Assembly: GCF_001194135.2 (NCBI RefSeq)
Contig: NC_068989.1
Coordinates: 80,437,688 to 80,479,980, forward strand
DNA from: Octopus bimaculoides
Taxonomy: Eukaryota
DNA length: 42,293 nucleotides
Direction of reading: 5' to 3'
A program made the position numbers and the translations under genes. Of the stretch, positions 1 through 10,540 are shown piece by piece. The notes beneath the pieces are model-generated. The model had not been told where the DNA came from. It did no database searches and worked only from the letters and a program-made list of their open reading frames with translations. Within the stretch, counting starts at the first letter, position 1, and every line of letters begins with the position of its first letter.

Positions 1-339
1 ATATACATATGAAGTAATTTTAAAATCGAGTAATAAACCGGTCTCCAATACACTGTGTTTTACATGTTTACTGGAATATCCATTGTCTCATGAATTCGTT
101 ATTATTTTTATTAAATACCATACAGCACAAACTCTGTTTGGCAGTGGAAGCACTGATAATTTTATCAGAGTTATTTCTGAGCAGAATGTTTTATTCATTA
201 AACCAGTCGGAGGCAACATTGCGATGGCATCAGTGCAGCTTAAGATAACATTACGGATATATACACGATTGACATTCAGTATACTGAACAGTTGTACAAA
301 CATCTGTCATTGATATTTATTCACTGTCACTAAACGAAA

Positions 340-900
340 GTAATATTTGACCAGAGATTCGTGTCTCAACATTCTTGAGTGGCGTTTAAGTTTAAAAACA
401 CTGGTAAAGGGTAATAATATCAGAGTAAGAAGGTGTCCCTCTATTGCGGGTATTTATGTCCCTGAGATTTCTCATATGATACATTCTTGACCTTGCTGGT
501 GGAACTTCTTCGTCAATATCACCTTTTTTTTATTCTGCAGAACTTGCCCACAATTTCTTCATTGGTGAGAACTTGACAGCAATGATCATTTTCGTCAATT
601 TCAAGCCATTCCTGAACGCTATCATCTGTTATTTCCGATTTGCCAACATTTACAAAGATGAGTTGAAAGTCATTTGCCTCGAACTCTTCAAAATCCAAGT
701 CAGGTTGAATATTTGTGAATATGTTCTTCCAAGAATTTGCCAAAATCTTATCCCTCAACTCATTTCAAGCATCTGCAAGTTTAAATAATACAGACTTGTT
801 GGAAGCTCAGTCATTCTGAAGCGTCTTGACTGCCTCAACCTTGAATCATCTCTTCATACTTTCATCTTCAAACAGCCATTATTTGTCCTAAAATATCCCT
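340..900 (-). mobile_element. Decayed Tigger/pogo (jerky-like) DDE transposase, C-terminal fragment
   Basis: Minus translation NKSVLFKLADA*NELRDKILANSWKNIF..DLDFEEFEANDF..DDSVQEWLEIDENDHCCQVLTNEEIV resembles pogo/Tigger C-termini as recalled; has an in-frame stop; boundaries approximate. Confidence 0.75.
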
Positions 901-1109
901 CTTAGTACAAACCTCTTACAGGTAATAATTTTTACTCCTGTCAGAAAAACTGACATGTGTTAGCAATCAAATACAAACATTTAATACTAGATTTCTCAAA
1001 TATTATTTTGCTTGAACATTCAACCAGTTATACGACGACACATTTCACTAATTTCAAACTACCTCTAGAAATTCTTGAAGTTATTTTGAAAACAATTAAA
1101 AATTCATTA

Positions 1110-1410
1110 GGTAACAGAATACACCACCTCGTCAAAGAAGGCATAGTAGAACCGAGTTGTTCACCATGGAGACCTTAAGTCAAAGCATAATGACAAAAAT
1201 CGAAAATCACGATTGACACCTAATCAATGATTTTTTTCAATGTCAACACTTATACAATTCTTGATACTTCTTTTTAGTTTGTTTTATTGAGCAATTAATC
1301 CATATGATATCACAACATTAATATTTTAGTCAGGTCGATATGAAACCTGCTTATTACCAACAACCACTGGTGATTAACGATTCTGATAAATATATTTATC
1401 GATTCAGTCT
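1110..1410 (+). mobile_element. Decayed Gypsy LTR-retrotransposon reverse transcriptase fragment
   Basis: LVKEGIVEPSCSPWRP and IEQLIHMISQH*YFSQVDMKPAYYQQP match the Gypsy RT motifs GIIEPSxSPW and FSxIDLKSAYHQ; stops and frameshifts present. Confidence 0.8.
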
Positions 1411-1763
1411 TTTAGAGTTCCGAAGGTGAGAAAAAGAGTTGCAAAATTACTTGTATTGATTTATATCGTTGACCACACAATGTGAATGAATAACTTACCT
1501 TTTCTCAACAGTAATATATGTTCTTTTTATTCTCTACAAAATCAAGTGCTTTTCTACCGTTATGTCCAAAGGTCGGCATTCATAGCTAATACTTACATAG
1601 AATTGGGTATATTATACATTCTCACCAACGGATTTGAAAATCGTATAACTGCTTATTAGTTGATAACACCTTGTCTTTGTTTATAGCTTATCATAAACAG
1701 AACCGGTGAGACGTAAATTTCATGACTATGTAACATTGTAGTTGTTGGTTTGTTTGTTTGCTG

Positions 1764-1788
1764 TTGCTGCTGCTACTGCTGTTGTTGT

Positions 1789-1860
<72 letters not shown>
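1764..1860. repeat. Compound (GCT/GTT)-(GAT)n-(GTT)n microsatellite
   Basis: Seen directly. Confidence 0.95.
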
Positions 1861-1862
<2 letters not shown>

Positions 1863-1953
1863 GTGTAGTTCTACTTTCTTTTAATATTGTAACTTCTGGT
1901 AGCCGACTTCTCTCCCTTACTGAAACCTGATATTGCATTTTAGTATCATTCAG

Positions 1954-2049
1954 TGAATAAAGTCTTCTGTATACAGATCTCTTATCATTACCGCATACAA
2001 CAGTTTATTCACTCAATGGCATATGAACAAAATTCCACTTCTAGAACGA
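1954..2049 (+). CDS. Candidate exon (or pseudo-exon), paralogous to 4850-4940
   Basis: Acceptor tatcattcag shared with the 4850 copy; xNKVFCIQISYHYRIQQFIHSMAYEQNSTSRT; donor gtcaat is weak, so the end is uncertain. Confidence 0.3.
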
Positions 2050-2179
2050 GTCAATATAATTCTTTTTCAATCAGTTTAAAGATACGGTTTACCTACGAGA
2101 TAACCCGTGTCTTTAAATACTTTTCGAACACTTTTGTAAATCAAATGCACCAAATATGGACGTACAAACGCAGTGTCAT

Positions 2180-2370
2180 CATCGTTAGAGTGTCGAACAA
2201 AAAGCATTGCAGTATTTGTCCCGGCTTTTTATAATCTGAGTTCTAACCTCCAAAGCCATCCTGTCGGGATCGATATATTAAAGTACCAGTCAAATATAAG
2301 GGATCTATGTTATCGACTAACCCTCCATTCAAAATTTATAGATTTTGTGCATAAAGCAGAAACCATGTTT
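2180..2370 (+). mobile_element. Old SINE, family B
   Basis: Degenerate match to the family B copies at 17485 and 30876. Confidence 0.65.
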
Positions 2371-2512
2371 CAACGTGATGGACTAAATTATTTCGCTGCA
2401 TTACCTTGAAATCGGCTTACTTATATATGAATGACATAATATTATATACTGTAATCGTATTCAAGATCATGACGGAAATTTAGAGACATTTCTGTTATGT
2501 GGAGAAGATATA

Positions 2513-2690
2513 CCGTATTTTAACATGTATAAGGAACCTTCATGTATAAGGAAGCCGCTAATTGTGGGGGCTTAAAATATGGGAAAAGGTTTTGTAAGGG
2601 ATTATAAAACTATCTATGTATAAGAAACTCCTATATTTTTTTAACCTAATTTCTGACAAAAAAGGGTTCCTTATACACGTTATATGACGG
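2513..2690. mobile_element. Tc1/mariner-superfamily MITE with TA TSD
   Basis: Left end ccgtatttaacatgtataaggaacc; reverse complement of right end ccgtcatataacgtgtataaggaacc; TA at 2511-2512 and 2691-2692. Confidence 0.85.
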
Positions 2691-3332
2691 TAATCTGGTA
2701 AAAATAATGAGGTCTCAATCAAGTATAGATTTTCTCAGGTATTAACCTCGAGACCACAGAATAGCACCTGATTATGATATATTGTGTCCCTCTCAAATGC
2801 TTTAACTTTCCATATTCTAAAAAGAAGCTCGTAAAAATCAATGGATTGCTAGTTCAATACAGCAAATAGCGGGCGCATTTTCTGATATAGCAAGGCTCGT
2901 AGAAAATGTACCGTACTTTTTTTTTTCTTTCATTCCCCAAGAAGCTGTTATTTCTTTCGAAATTGAAAATGTTTGACACAATGCTAATTGATAATTGCGT
3001 TCCATTTACAGCTGAGACTGACGTGTAAGTCATTGTTCTATCTGCAACATTATAACAAGGAAGGGATTCGTGTGTGTNNNNNNNNNNNNNNNNNNNNNNN
3101 NNNNNNNNNNNNNNNNNNNNNNNNNNNNNNNNNNNNNNNNNNNNNNNNNNNNNNNNNNNNNNNNNNNNNNNGTGTGTGTGTGTGTGTGATTGTGTGTTTC
3201 ATGCGTGTGTATTTTCTTCACAACCTTTCCAGAAATGAATTATTGTATCCTTCTACTGAGAAAGCAGCTGCCGTGAGTGAACACGTAAATGGCAACGGTA
3301 CCTTTTAAGGAGACATTTTACCCTCATTACAG

Positions 3333-3376
3333 ACAAACAAAGCTTCCGACTTACGTTTGATAAATCTCGTAAATTG
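3333..3376 (+). CDS. Candidate 44-nt exon
   Basis: Acceptor ttaccctcattacag, donor gtaagc; open as xKQSFRLTFDKSRKL (phase 1 to 0). Confidence 0.35.
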
Positions 3377-3496
3377 GTAAGCTGCAGATATAAAAAGAGA
3401 CGCTGGAGGACCGAACTTTCATCATTTGACATTTTCTATCGATACGAATTAAAAAAAAAAAGAAATTTGCGTCAGTGTGCTATTCTGCCCAAACAG

Positions 3497-3578
3497 ATTA
3501 CAAATTTCATTCAATGTATTCTCGATGAACTTTGTTACCCAAATGTCACAAGATCGTTGCATTACGTAAACGGCAAAA
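3497..3578 (+). CDS. Candidate 82-nt exon
   Basis: Acceptor tattctgcccaaacag; ITNFIQCILDELCYPNVTRSLHYVNGK (phase 0 to 1); donor gtgtat is weak. Confidence 0.2.
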
Positions 3579-4194
3579 GTGTATCTCTTTTTCTACAAAG
3601 GATGTTCATAAAGTCTACGTACGTATGCCAAAATATACTCCGAAATAAAACCTAAATTTCACAGTCTTAGAAATCAAGTCTATTCAGGCGCTATTGAATA
3701 AACCATATTGGATTTTATGAGATGTAAACAGCAGGTATCTTTATGAGACTCTAATGGTCGCTATTCATGAGACTCCGCATGGCCGTTTTATTTTTCTTTC
3801 TAGACACCCTTCTTTATTAATTTATGCTAGGTTTGTCTTTATGAAAATAATCATGTACGCACATGCAAAAGTGATCCTTTAGTAAGAACTGAACAACTGA
3901 AATTTAATGACAAGCTTGCATTTGCTTGGAAAAATAAAGTATTAGTAGAAATTTTCTCCGATGTTTGTCATGGTGTTCTATATCCCTTGGTGAAACAGTT
4001 AAGCTTACAACATCACATTTATCAAATGTTAACTCAATTTTAAATCTGAATAACACCAACTGCGTTACACAATATTATTTCTCAAAAGAGTGAGTATTAT
4101 CACTTCACAGGAACTCTACTGTGTCTACCAAGTGAATTGATTTCACACAACCACATTATATTTATCCTACTGATTCAAAAAAAACTATCAAACC

Positions 4195-4615
4195 ACAGTG
4201 AATTAGTTGAACCATTAGAGCAGCGGTTCCCAACGTTTTTTGCACTCGCGACCCCTTACCAAAAATCATGAAACCCACGCGACCCCCTACTATCAGTATC
4301 TTGATTTACATTTTATGAAATTAATAGTATCCCAAGCCACTTCTAACACGGCTACGCGAACCCCCTGCCAAGGCTTCGTGACCTCCTAGGGGTGCGGGAA
4401 CCACCGGTTAGGAACCCCTGCATTAGAGCAACTTGTAGTATTTCTTCCAACTCTTTACATTCTGAGCCCAAATACAACCGAGATGGATTTTACTTTCCAT
4501 CTCCTCGAGATCGATGAAGTAAGGCAACAGAAAATTTCTAGTGTCGCTGGTAACGAGTACCTTCTCCCCTCAAAATCGTTGATCTTGGGTCTAAATCAGA
4601 AACCATTATCATGTT
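4195..4615 (+). mobile_element. Old SINE family B interrupted by the hAT MITE
   Basis: Head remnant gaattagttgaaccattag before the MITE; body continues cttgtagtatttc..ttctgagcccaaat..aaatcagaaacc after it. Confidence 0.6.
4221..4420. mobile_element. hAT (Charlie-like) MITE with 8-bp TSD
   Basis: Ends cagcggttcccaac and gttaggaacccctg; identical TSD cattagag at 4213-4220 and 4421-4428. Confidence 0.92.
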
Positions 4616-4849
4616 AGACTGTACAAACATAAAATGTAATTTCCCAGATGGCATTTCACAATTATTCTTTTATCTTTTGTTAATTTTACCATCTCTTCGT
4701 TAATTGTTGTTCTTAAAAGAGTCTGACTGTGATTCTATTCTCTTATGATGGGAGAGTTTCTTCCCTTACTTAAACGGGTGTTGTGTTATTTAATGTATCA
4801 TAAATTGACTTAATTCTCTCGCCACACATTGCATTGTAATATCATTCAG

Positions 4850-4940
4850 TGGATAAAGTGTTTCGTATAAGCATTCCTTCTCGTTATTCCTTACAAGTTT
4901 TGCTTAGAACTAGGCACACTCTGAATGAGCAGAACTATGG
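4850..4940 (+). CDS. Candidate 91-nt exon
   Basis: Acceptor tatcattcag, donor gtaaat; xDKVFRISIPSRYSLQVLLRTRHTLNEQNYG (phase 1 to 2); peptide similarity to the 1954 copy. Confidence 0.4.
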
Positions 4941-5299
4941 GTAAATGCATTTCAGTCATGACTATCCATCTTATGACTGTAGGCCCCAACCTCCTAACTC
5001 CTACGTTGTTGTACCGTCGCAACAAACGACGTGTCTTGGACATTTGTATGCCTCTACAGTTCTGACTGCAATCGATTTCGTCCGGAAAGAAAAAGAGAGA
5101 GAATAAACATTCCCCACCACACCTTATTAGGACCACATTATCCGATGCATCATTTGCATTTTTTTTTATTGTTTTAAAGATGGCTGCCGGCTGTACAACC
5201 AAGTAAAAGCTCCTTATTTAGCAGGTTGCTTTTGCAAGTCATTTTTGTCCGGTGCTCAAACAATTCTGCCAATCCAGCGCGTGACAAGCTAATAAAATT

Positions 5300-5349
5300 A
5301 ACAGTAATACAACTACTATAACAACAACTAATACTACTACTGCAGCTAT

Positions 5350-5418
<69 letters not shown>

Positions 5419-5460
5419 GACAGTAAGTACAACTAAACAACAACAACAACAATAGCAACA
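5300..5460. repeat. (ACT)n/(ACA)n microsatellite
   Basis: Seen directly. Confidence 0.95.
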
Positions 5461-5676
5461 TTAATAGAATGTTCTAAATTGATAATGCCTAACAAGCAAT
5501 TCCCAGCAAACACTTTGTTCTAACCAAATATAAAACTGACGACTAAAAAGAAGAGCGACATTATTAAGATCAATAAGAATTGCTTAAACGAAAAATATTC
5601 CACTTGTTTGTTGAAATGTTTTTTCTGTTAACTGTGGTTGACATGAAATTAAATCAATTGTAAAATTCCTCTACAG

Positions 5677-5713
5677 AATTTCTGATGACATTATATTTCA
5701 CATTTATCAAAAC
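5677..5713 (+). CDS. Candidate 37-nt exon
   Basis: Acceptor aattcctctacag, donor gtaaaa; ISDDIIFHIYQN (phase 2 to 0), compatible with 4850-4940. Confidence 0.3.
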
Positions 5714-5818
5714 GTAAAAAAGAACAACATAGAATATCACAAGATACCAAAAAAAAAATAATAAATAAACAGATGTGTATAATATTTGTAACGGTGCTAG
5801 TTATAATATATACTATAG

Positions 5819-5983
5819 AATCTTCTGAAAGTGACGTATGTTACAAACCGCAGGGCTCCTCAGAATGTAGACGGCGGTTATCAAACACCGGTGTATCGAC
5901 TTCATTTAGTCTCCTCAGTGATGATTATTTTTGGACATTCTGAGCTAAGCCGAAAACATTTGTCTCGATATAAAAATAGCTAA
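5819..5983 (+). CDS. Candidate exon, 3' end uncertain
   Basis: Acceptor tatactatag; phase 0, open for 54 codons NLLKVTYVTNRRAPQNVDGGYQTPVYRLHLVSS.. to TAA at 5981-5983. Confidence 0.28.
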   Translation, partial: NLLKVTYVTNRRAPQNVDGGYQTPVYRLHLVSSVMIIFGHSELSRKHLSRYKNS

Positions 5984-6364
5984 ACAAAACAGTCACTAAT
6001 GTGTGGATGAGCTCGCCAGGTTAGAATCATATTAATATTTATACATGCAACAGTAAATGGATGCTATTGTGTATAACATTTCATATATATATATATATAG
6101 ATATATATATACTGACTTAGATTTGTGCTACCCGTAATATTTTGTTTAAACGCGAAACCAATTGAGGTCGAAGTGCTGCGGTTGACGATCCGCCGACGAC
6201 ATTTTGAGATTCTTTGAGAAGTTTCTCTGAAGTACAATATTACTAGTTCCGTTCTACGTGTGTATATACATTATGAATTTTATACACATCCTTATTTTAA
6301 TCAAATACTGTTTAAGGTGAGCATATTACTATATTACAAATACATATTTTTAAAATATAAAGAT

Positions 6365-6827
6365 AGGTGCCACTGTGGCTATGAGGTAAGGAGTTTGCTT
6401 CCCAACAAAATGGTTCTGCGTTCGGTCCCACGCAATATTTTGGGCAAGTGTCGTCTACCATAACCTCGGGTCGACTAAAGCTTTGGATTTGGTAGAAGGA
6501 AACTGAAAAGAGCCTTTCGCATATACGTGTGTGAGTGTGTATGTGTGCGTGTGTTTCGTGTATGCACGTGTGCATATGTATGTGTGTCTGTGACTCTGTG
6601 TGTGCGTGTCTTAGAGTCTGTGTTTGTCCCTCCACCACCGCTTGACCACTGGTGTTAGTTTGTTTACGTCCCCATAACTTAGCGGTTCGGCAACAGAGAC
6701 CAATAGAATAAGTACCAGGTTTCAAAAAATATAGGTACTGGGGTAGATTCATTCGACTAAAACATCTTGAAGGCGGTGCTCCAAAATGACCGCAGTCTAA
6801 TGAACTGAAACGTAAAAGATAAAAGAT
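6365..6827 (+). mobile_element. Family C SINE: tRNA head, CORE-like domain, internal (TG)n, 3' module
   Basis: A/B-box-like head, ttgggcaagtgtc CORE-like motif, TG tract at about 6525-6625, 3' module ..ggcggtgctccaaaatgaccgcagtc..aaaagat; matches 29452-29850. Confidence 0.85.
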
Positions 6828-7622
6828 ATTTTTAAAATATTTAGAAACATTATAAAAATTATTCTTAGAATATTTATTTAAAAAGCAGAAAATGGAAAAT
6901 TGTAATTTATCCGATTTATTTATGTGGTCAACCAAAGCGTAGTAAGTGGCGTTTGATAAACTGAAGCCGGTCGAAGGGACTGCTCGTGCTTTTGGTTAGT
7001 AGATGTAATCCATCACTCGGTTTAACACCACTATCTAGTTCTTGGTTCCGTTGAGTGGAATCAAGTCTGTTTCAAGCATTGTGGGCAGATCTCCAGTTTG
7101 AGAGTAACTCCCCACCACTTCTTCTCATCAATCTCGGAATCCCCGAAAAGGGTCACGGCAGCTACACTTCTTCTGTTTAAACCATAAAACAAATATTTTT
7201 TTTAATCCTCGGTCTATCACTCCAATTTCGTTGGTTACTCTCATTTACTAAAGGCGCTACTTTTTAAGAAAAGGAATGCTAATCTGAAAGGGGGAAGAAA
7301 TTGATTAAAGATAACAAGTGAAAAATCGATATTAATAAAGACAAATGGTACCAAAAAACCAGTAACTTCGACAATCAAAGCATGCAATATCAACATCAAA
7401 ATGAAAACTCGCAGAAAGGCGTAATAATAACAGTAAGGACAGCAATGCAATAAAAATACTGGCAGAAAAATCATGGTAATATAATCACTAGATTGTAAAA
7501 TCAAAGATAACGCAGTTTTTATTAATCACTTCAGCAACACGTCTGTTGTACAGCGTGTTGTCAGAAATGATAGAAGATAACTAAAACTTACGTAACATTG
7601 TTTTATTTCATTTTTATATTAC

Positions 7623-7658
7623 CTGAGATATAATCTATACCAAAGAGTACTGTACTCG
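7623..7658 (-). CDS. Candidate 36-nt micro-exon
   Basis: Acceptor gttttcatatgtaacag, donor CAG|gtaata; two open frames (EYSTLWYRLYL or STVLFGIDYIS). Confidence 0.2.
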
Positions 7659-7689
7659 CTGTTACATATGAAAACAACAGGGGGCGGAG

Positions 7690-7692
<3 letters not shown>

Positions 7693-7770
<78 letters not shown>
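7693..7770. repeat. (TA)n(GA)n microsatellite
   Basis: Seen directly. Confidence 0.95.
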
Positions 7771-7812
7771 CGTGAGAAAGTTGGTGAGGGGGAAGAAGAT
7801 ATAGAAACATAA

Positions 7813-8075
7813 AAATACTTCGGTTACGATGACGGAGGTTCCAATCGATCTGATCTACAGAACAGTCTGTTCGTGAAATTAACGTCCAAGTGGCTGAGCA
7901 CTCCCCAGACACACGTACACTTAAACGTAGTTCTCAGGGAGTTTCAGCGTGACACAGAATATGACAGAGCTGGTCCTTTGAAATACAGGTACTACTCATT
8001 TTTGTCAGTTGTGTGGACTGGAGCAACGTGAAATAAAGTCTTGCTCAAGGACGCAACGCGCTGCCACGAATCGAA
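7813..8075 (-). mobile_element. SINE with CORE-like middle and family A 3' module
   Basis: Minus strand gcgtccttgagcaagactttatttcacgttgctccagtccac, then gtgtcacgctgaa..gtgctcagccactt..cgtaaccga shared with family A. Confidence 0.85.
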
Positions 8076-8366
8076 CTACTACATCAGCACGGTAGAAACA
8101 AGAATTCTTATTTTCACACCATTATTTGATGACCAGTGAAGGGGATTGCCTCCTAATTTTGGACTTACAATGTGTTCAGTAACAAAGCATTTTTTCTACT
8201 TTAAAAATTATTTGAATATCACCCTGTACAAAATGAACAATTCTTCATTTATGACTATATATTAAGTTGTGGACCCTTAACTTGATCGATCATTGTCTCG
8301 CTGTGGCTAATAAAAATATTACCCCAGTCTTTTTTCACAGAAGTCTAGGCCCCAAGAAGAATAAGA

Positions 8367-8572
8367 ATGTCTTCAAGAAAGTACTCAAGCGGATACCAGA
8401 AACGCCAACTCAAGGAAAAGCAATCTAACGAAATTTCTAAATGTCAAAATCTATCAAACTATTTTACAATGTCACGTAAAAGTTTGTCATCACCTGCAAA
8501 TGAAAGAAACCATGCAAGCACCAGTGAAGGCAATGATAGTGCACAAACCATGAGTGCTCTGTTTAGCAATAT
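8367..8572 (+). mobile_element. 5' fragment of a hAT (ZMYM1/Tip100-like) transposase ORF
   Basis: MSSRKYSSGYQKRQLKEKQSNEISKCQNLSNYF resembles the MxRKYxSGxQKRK..LxxFF start of these transposases; upstream acceptor tttttcacag; truncated by a SINE. Confidence 0.6.
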
Positions 8573-8759
8573 CCAGAAACGTTAGCATGCCGGGCGAAAT
8601 GCTTAGCGATATTACGTTCTTAGTTCAAATTCCGCCAAGGTCGACTTTGCCTTTCATCCTTTCGGGGTTGATAAATTAAGTACTAGTTGTGTACTGCGGT
8701 CGATCTAATCGACTGATCCCCTCCCCCAAAATTCCGGGCCTTGTGCCTAGAATAGAAAT

Positions 8760-8762
<3 letters not shown>
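8573..8762 (+). mobile_element. SINE family B
   Basis: cgttagcatgccgggcgaaatgcttag..gttcaaattccgccaaggtcgactttgcctttcatcctttcgggg..ggccttgtgcctag. Confidence 0.92.
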
Positions 8763-8796
<34 letters not shown>

Positions 8797-9364
8797 NNNN
8801 NNNNNNNNNNNNNNNNNNNNNNNNNNNNNNNNNNNNNNNNNNNNNNNNNNNNNNNNNNNNNNNNNNNNNNNNNNNNNNNNNNNNNNNNNNNNNNNNNNNN
8901 NNNNNNNNNNNNNNNNNNNNNNNNNNNNNNNNNNNNNNNNNNNNNNNNNNNNNNNNNNNNNNNNNNNNNNNNNNNNNNNNNNNNNNNNNNNNNNNNNNNN
9001 NNNNNNNNNNNNNNNNNNNNNNNNNNNNNNNNNNNNNNNNNNNNNNNNNNNNNNNNNNNNNNNNNNNNNNNNNNNNNNNNNNNNNNNNNNNNNNNNNNNN
9101 NNNNNNNNNNNNNNNNNNNNNNNNNNNNNNNNNNNNNNNNNNNNNNNNNNNNNNNNNNNNNNNNNNNNNNNNNNNNNNNNNNNNNNNNNNNNNNNNNNNN
9201 NNNNNNNNNNNNNNNNNNNNNNNNNNNNNNNNNNNNNNNNNNNNNNNNNNNNNNNNNNNNNNNNNNNNNNNNNNNNNNNNNNNNNNNNNNNNNNNNNNNN
9301 NNNNTACATGCACTCCTACATGCGCCTCCTATATCCATAACCTTCTACCATCTCACTCTCTCTT

Positions 9365-9414
<50 letters not shown>

Positions 9415-10015
9415 TCTTGTATATTTGGTGTAAATGCTCTATAAAATGTAAACGTTCACAAAATTATTTTTAATTTGAGTTTATGGCTCTGACTCAGCTT
9501 GGCTACGGGCCTCTAACTCAAATCAGCACTATCATATTTTAACTTATAGGAAAACCATCCAAGTGTATGTTTTCCTTAGTGAATTTAGAAACCTATAAAC
9601 CTTGCAAAGTAATATAAATTATTTTTGCTTTGTGAGAGAGATCCGTAATGTTTCAAGCAAAAACATTTGTTTGGAATGAAATGATGAGTTCTGCTCGAAA
9701 ACCTTAGATATCTTTTTTTCATTATGGCAAAATAATTTTGTTTCACTTGGCGTACTTTTTTTATATTACAATTTTCCTGACGTAAGACCTCATGAGTTTC
9801 GTTGGCTTCATCAGTTTTCCTCTGATATTTATAATTATGGTTTACGTCAACGATGTTAAACGTTTTCTTTATCATATTTTGTTTTTCGATTCTCTGCACT
9901 CTAAGCAAGGCACTGGAAGTGTAATGACACACCATCAGCTTTTTATAAGTTACATCTTACATGTATGCATATACGCTTGTGTGTCTGTGCATATGCGCGT
10001 GTATGTGTGTGTGAG

Positions 10016-10064
<49 letters not shown>

Positions 10065-10540
10065 NNNNNNNNNNNNNNNNNNNNNNNNNNNNNNNNNNNN
10101 NNNNNNNNNNNNNNNNNNNNNNNNNNNNNNNNNNNNNNNNNNNNNNNNNNNNNNNNNNNNNNNNNNNNNNNNNNNNNNNNNNNNNNNNNNNNNNNNNNNN
10201 NNNNNNNNNNNNNNNNNNNNNNNNNNNNNNNNNNNNNNNNNNNNNNNNNNNNNNNNNNNNNNNNNNNNNNNNNNNNNNNNNNNNNNNNNNNNNNNNNNNN
10301 NNNNNNNNNNNNNNNNNNNNNNNNNNNNNNNNNNNNNNNNNNNNNNNNNNNNNNNNNNNNNNNNNNNNNNNNNNNNNNNNNNNNNNNNNNNNNNNNNNNN
10401 NNNNNNNNNNNNNNNNNNNNNNNNNNNNNNNNNNNNNNNNNNNNNNNNNNNNNNNNNNNNNNNNNNNNNNNNNNNNNNNNNNNNNNNNNNNNNNNNNNNN
10501 NNNNNNNNNNNNNNNNNNNNNCAACACAGGTGTTTTTCCA

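Noticed and set aside
1921-2040. Minus-strand reading of the duplicated segment (LYSLNDTKMQ / LYPLNDITMQ)
   Set aside because: In-frame stops in both copies; the + strand reading has a shared acceptor and better peptide conservation
7241-7504. Hydrophobic 87-aa minus-strand ORF resembling a membrane protein
   Set aside because: T-rich composition alone yields F, L, I and V; no recognisable motif and no convincing splice context
8169-8223. Minus-strand exon with good acceptor and gtaagt donor
   Set aside because: Stops in all three frames; at most non-coding, and unsupported
9681-9780. Box C/D snoRNA (ATGATGA..CTGA), or a hammerhead at atgatgagttctgctcgaaa
   Set aside because: No terminal stem for a snoRNA; the hammerhead lacks C3 and has a poor stem II
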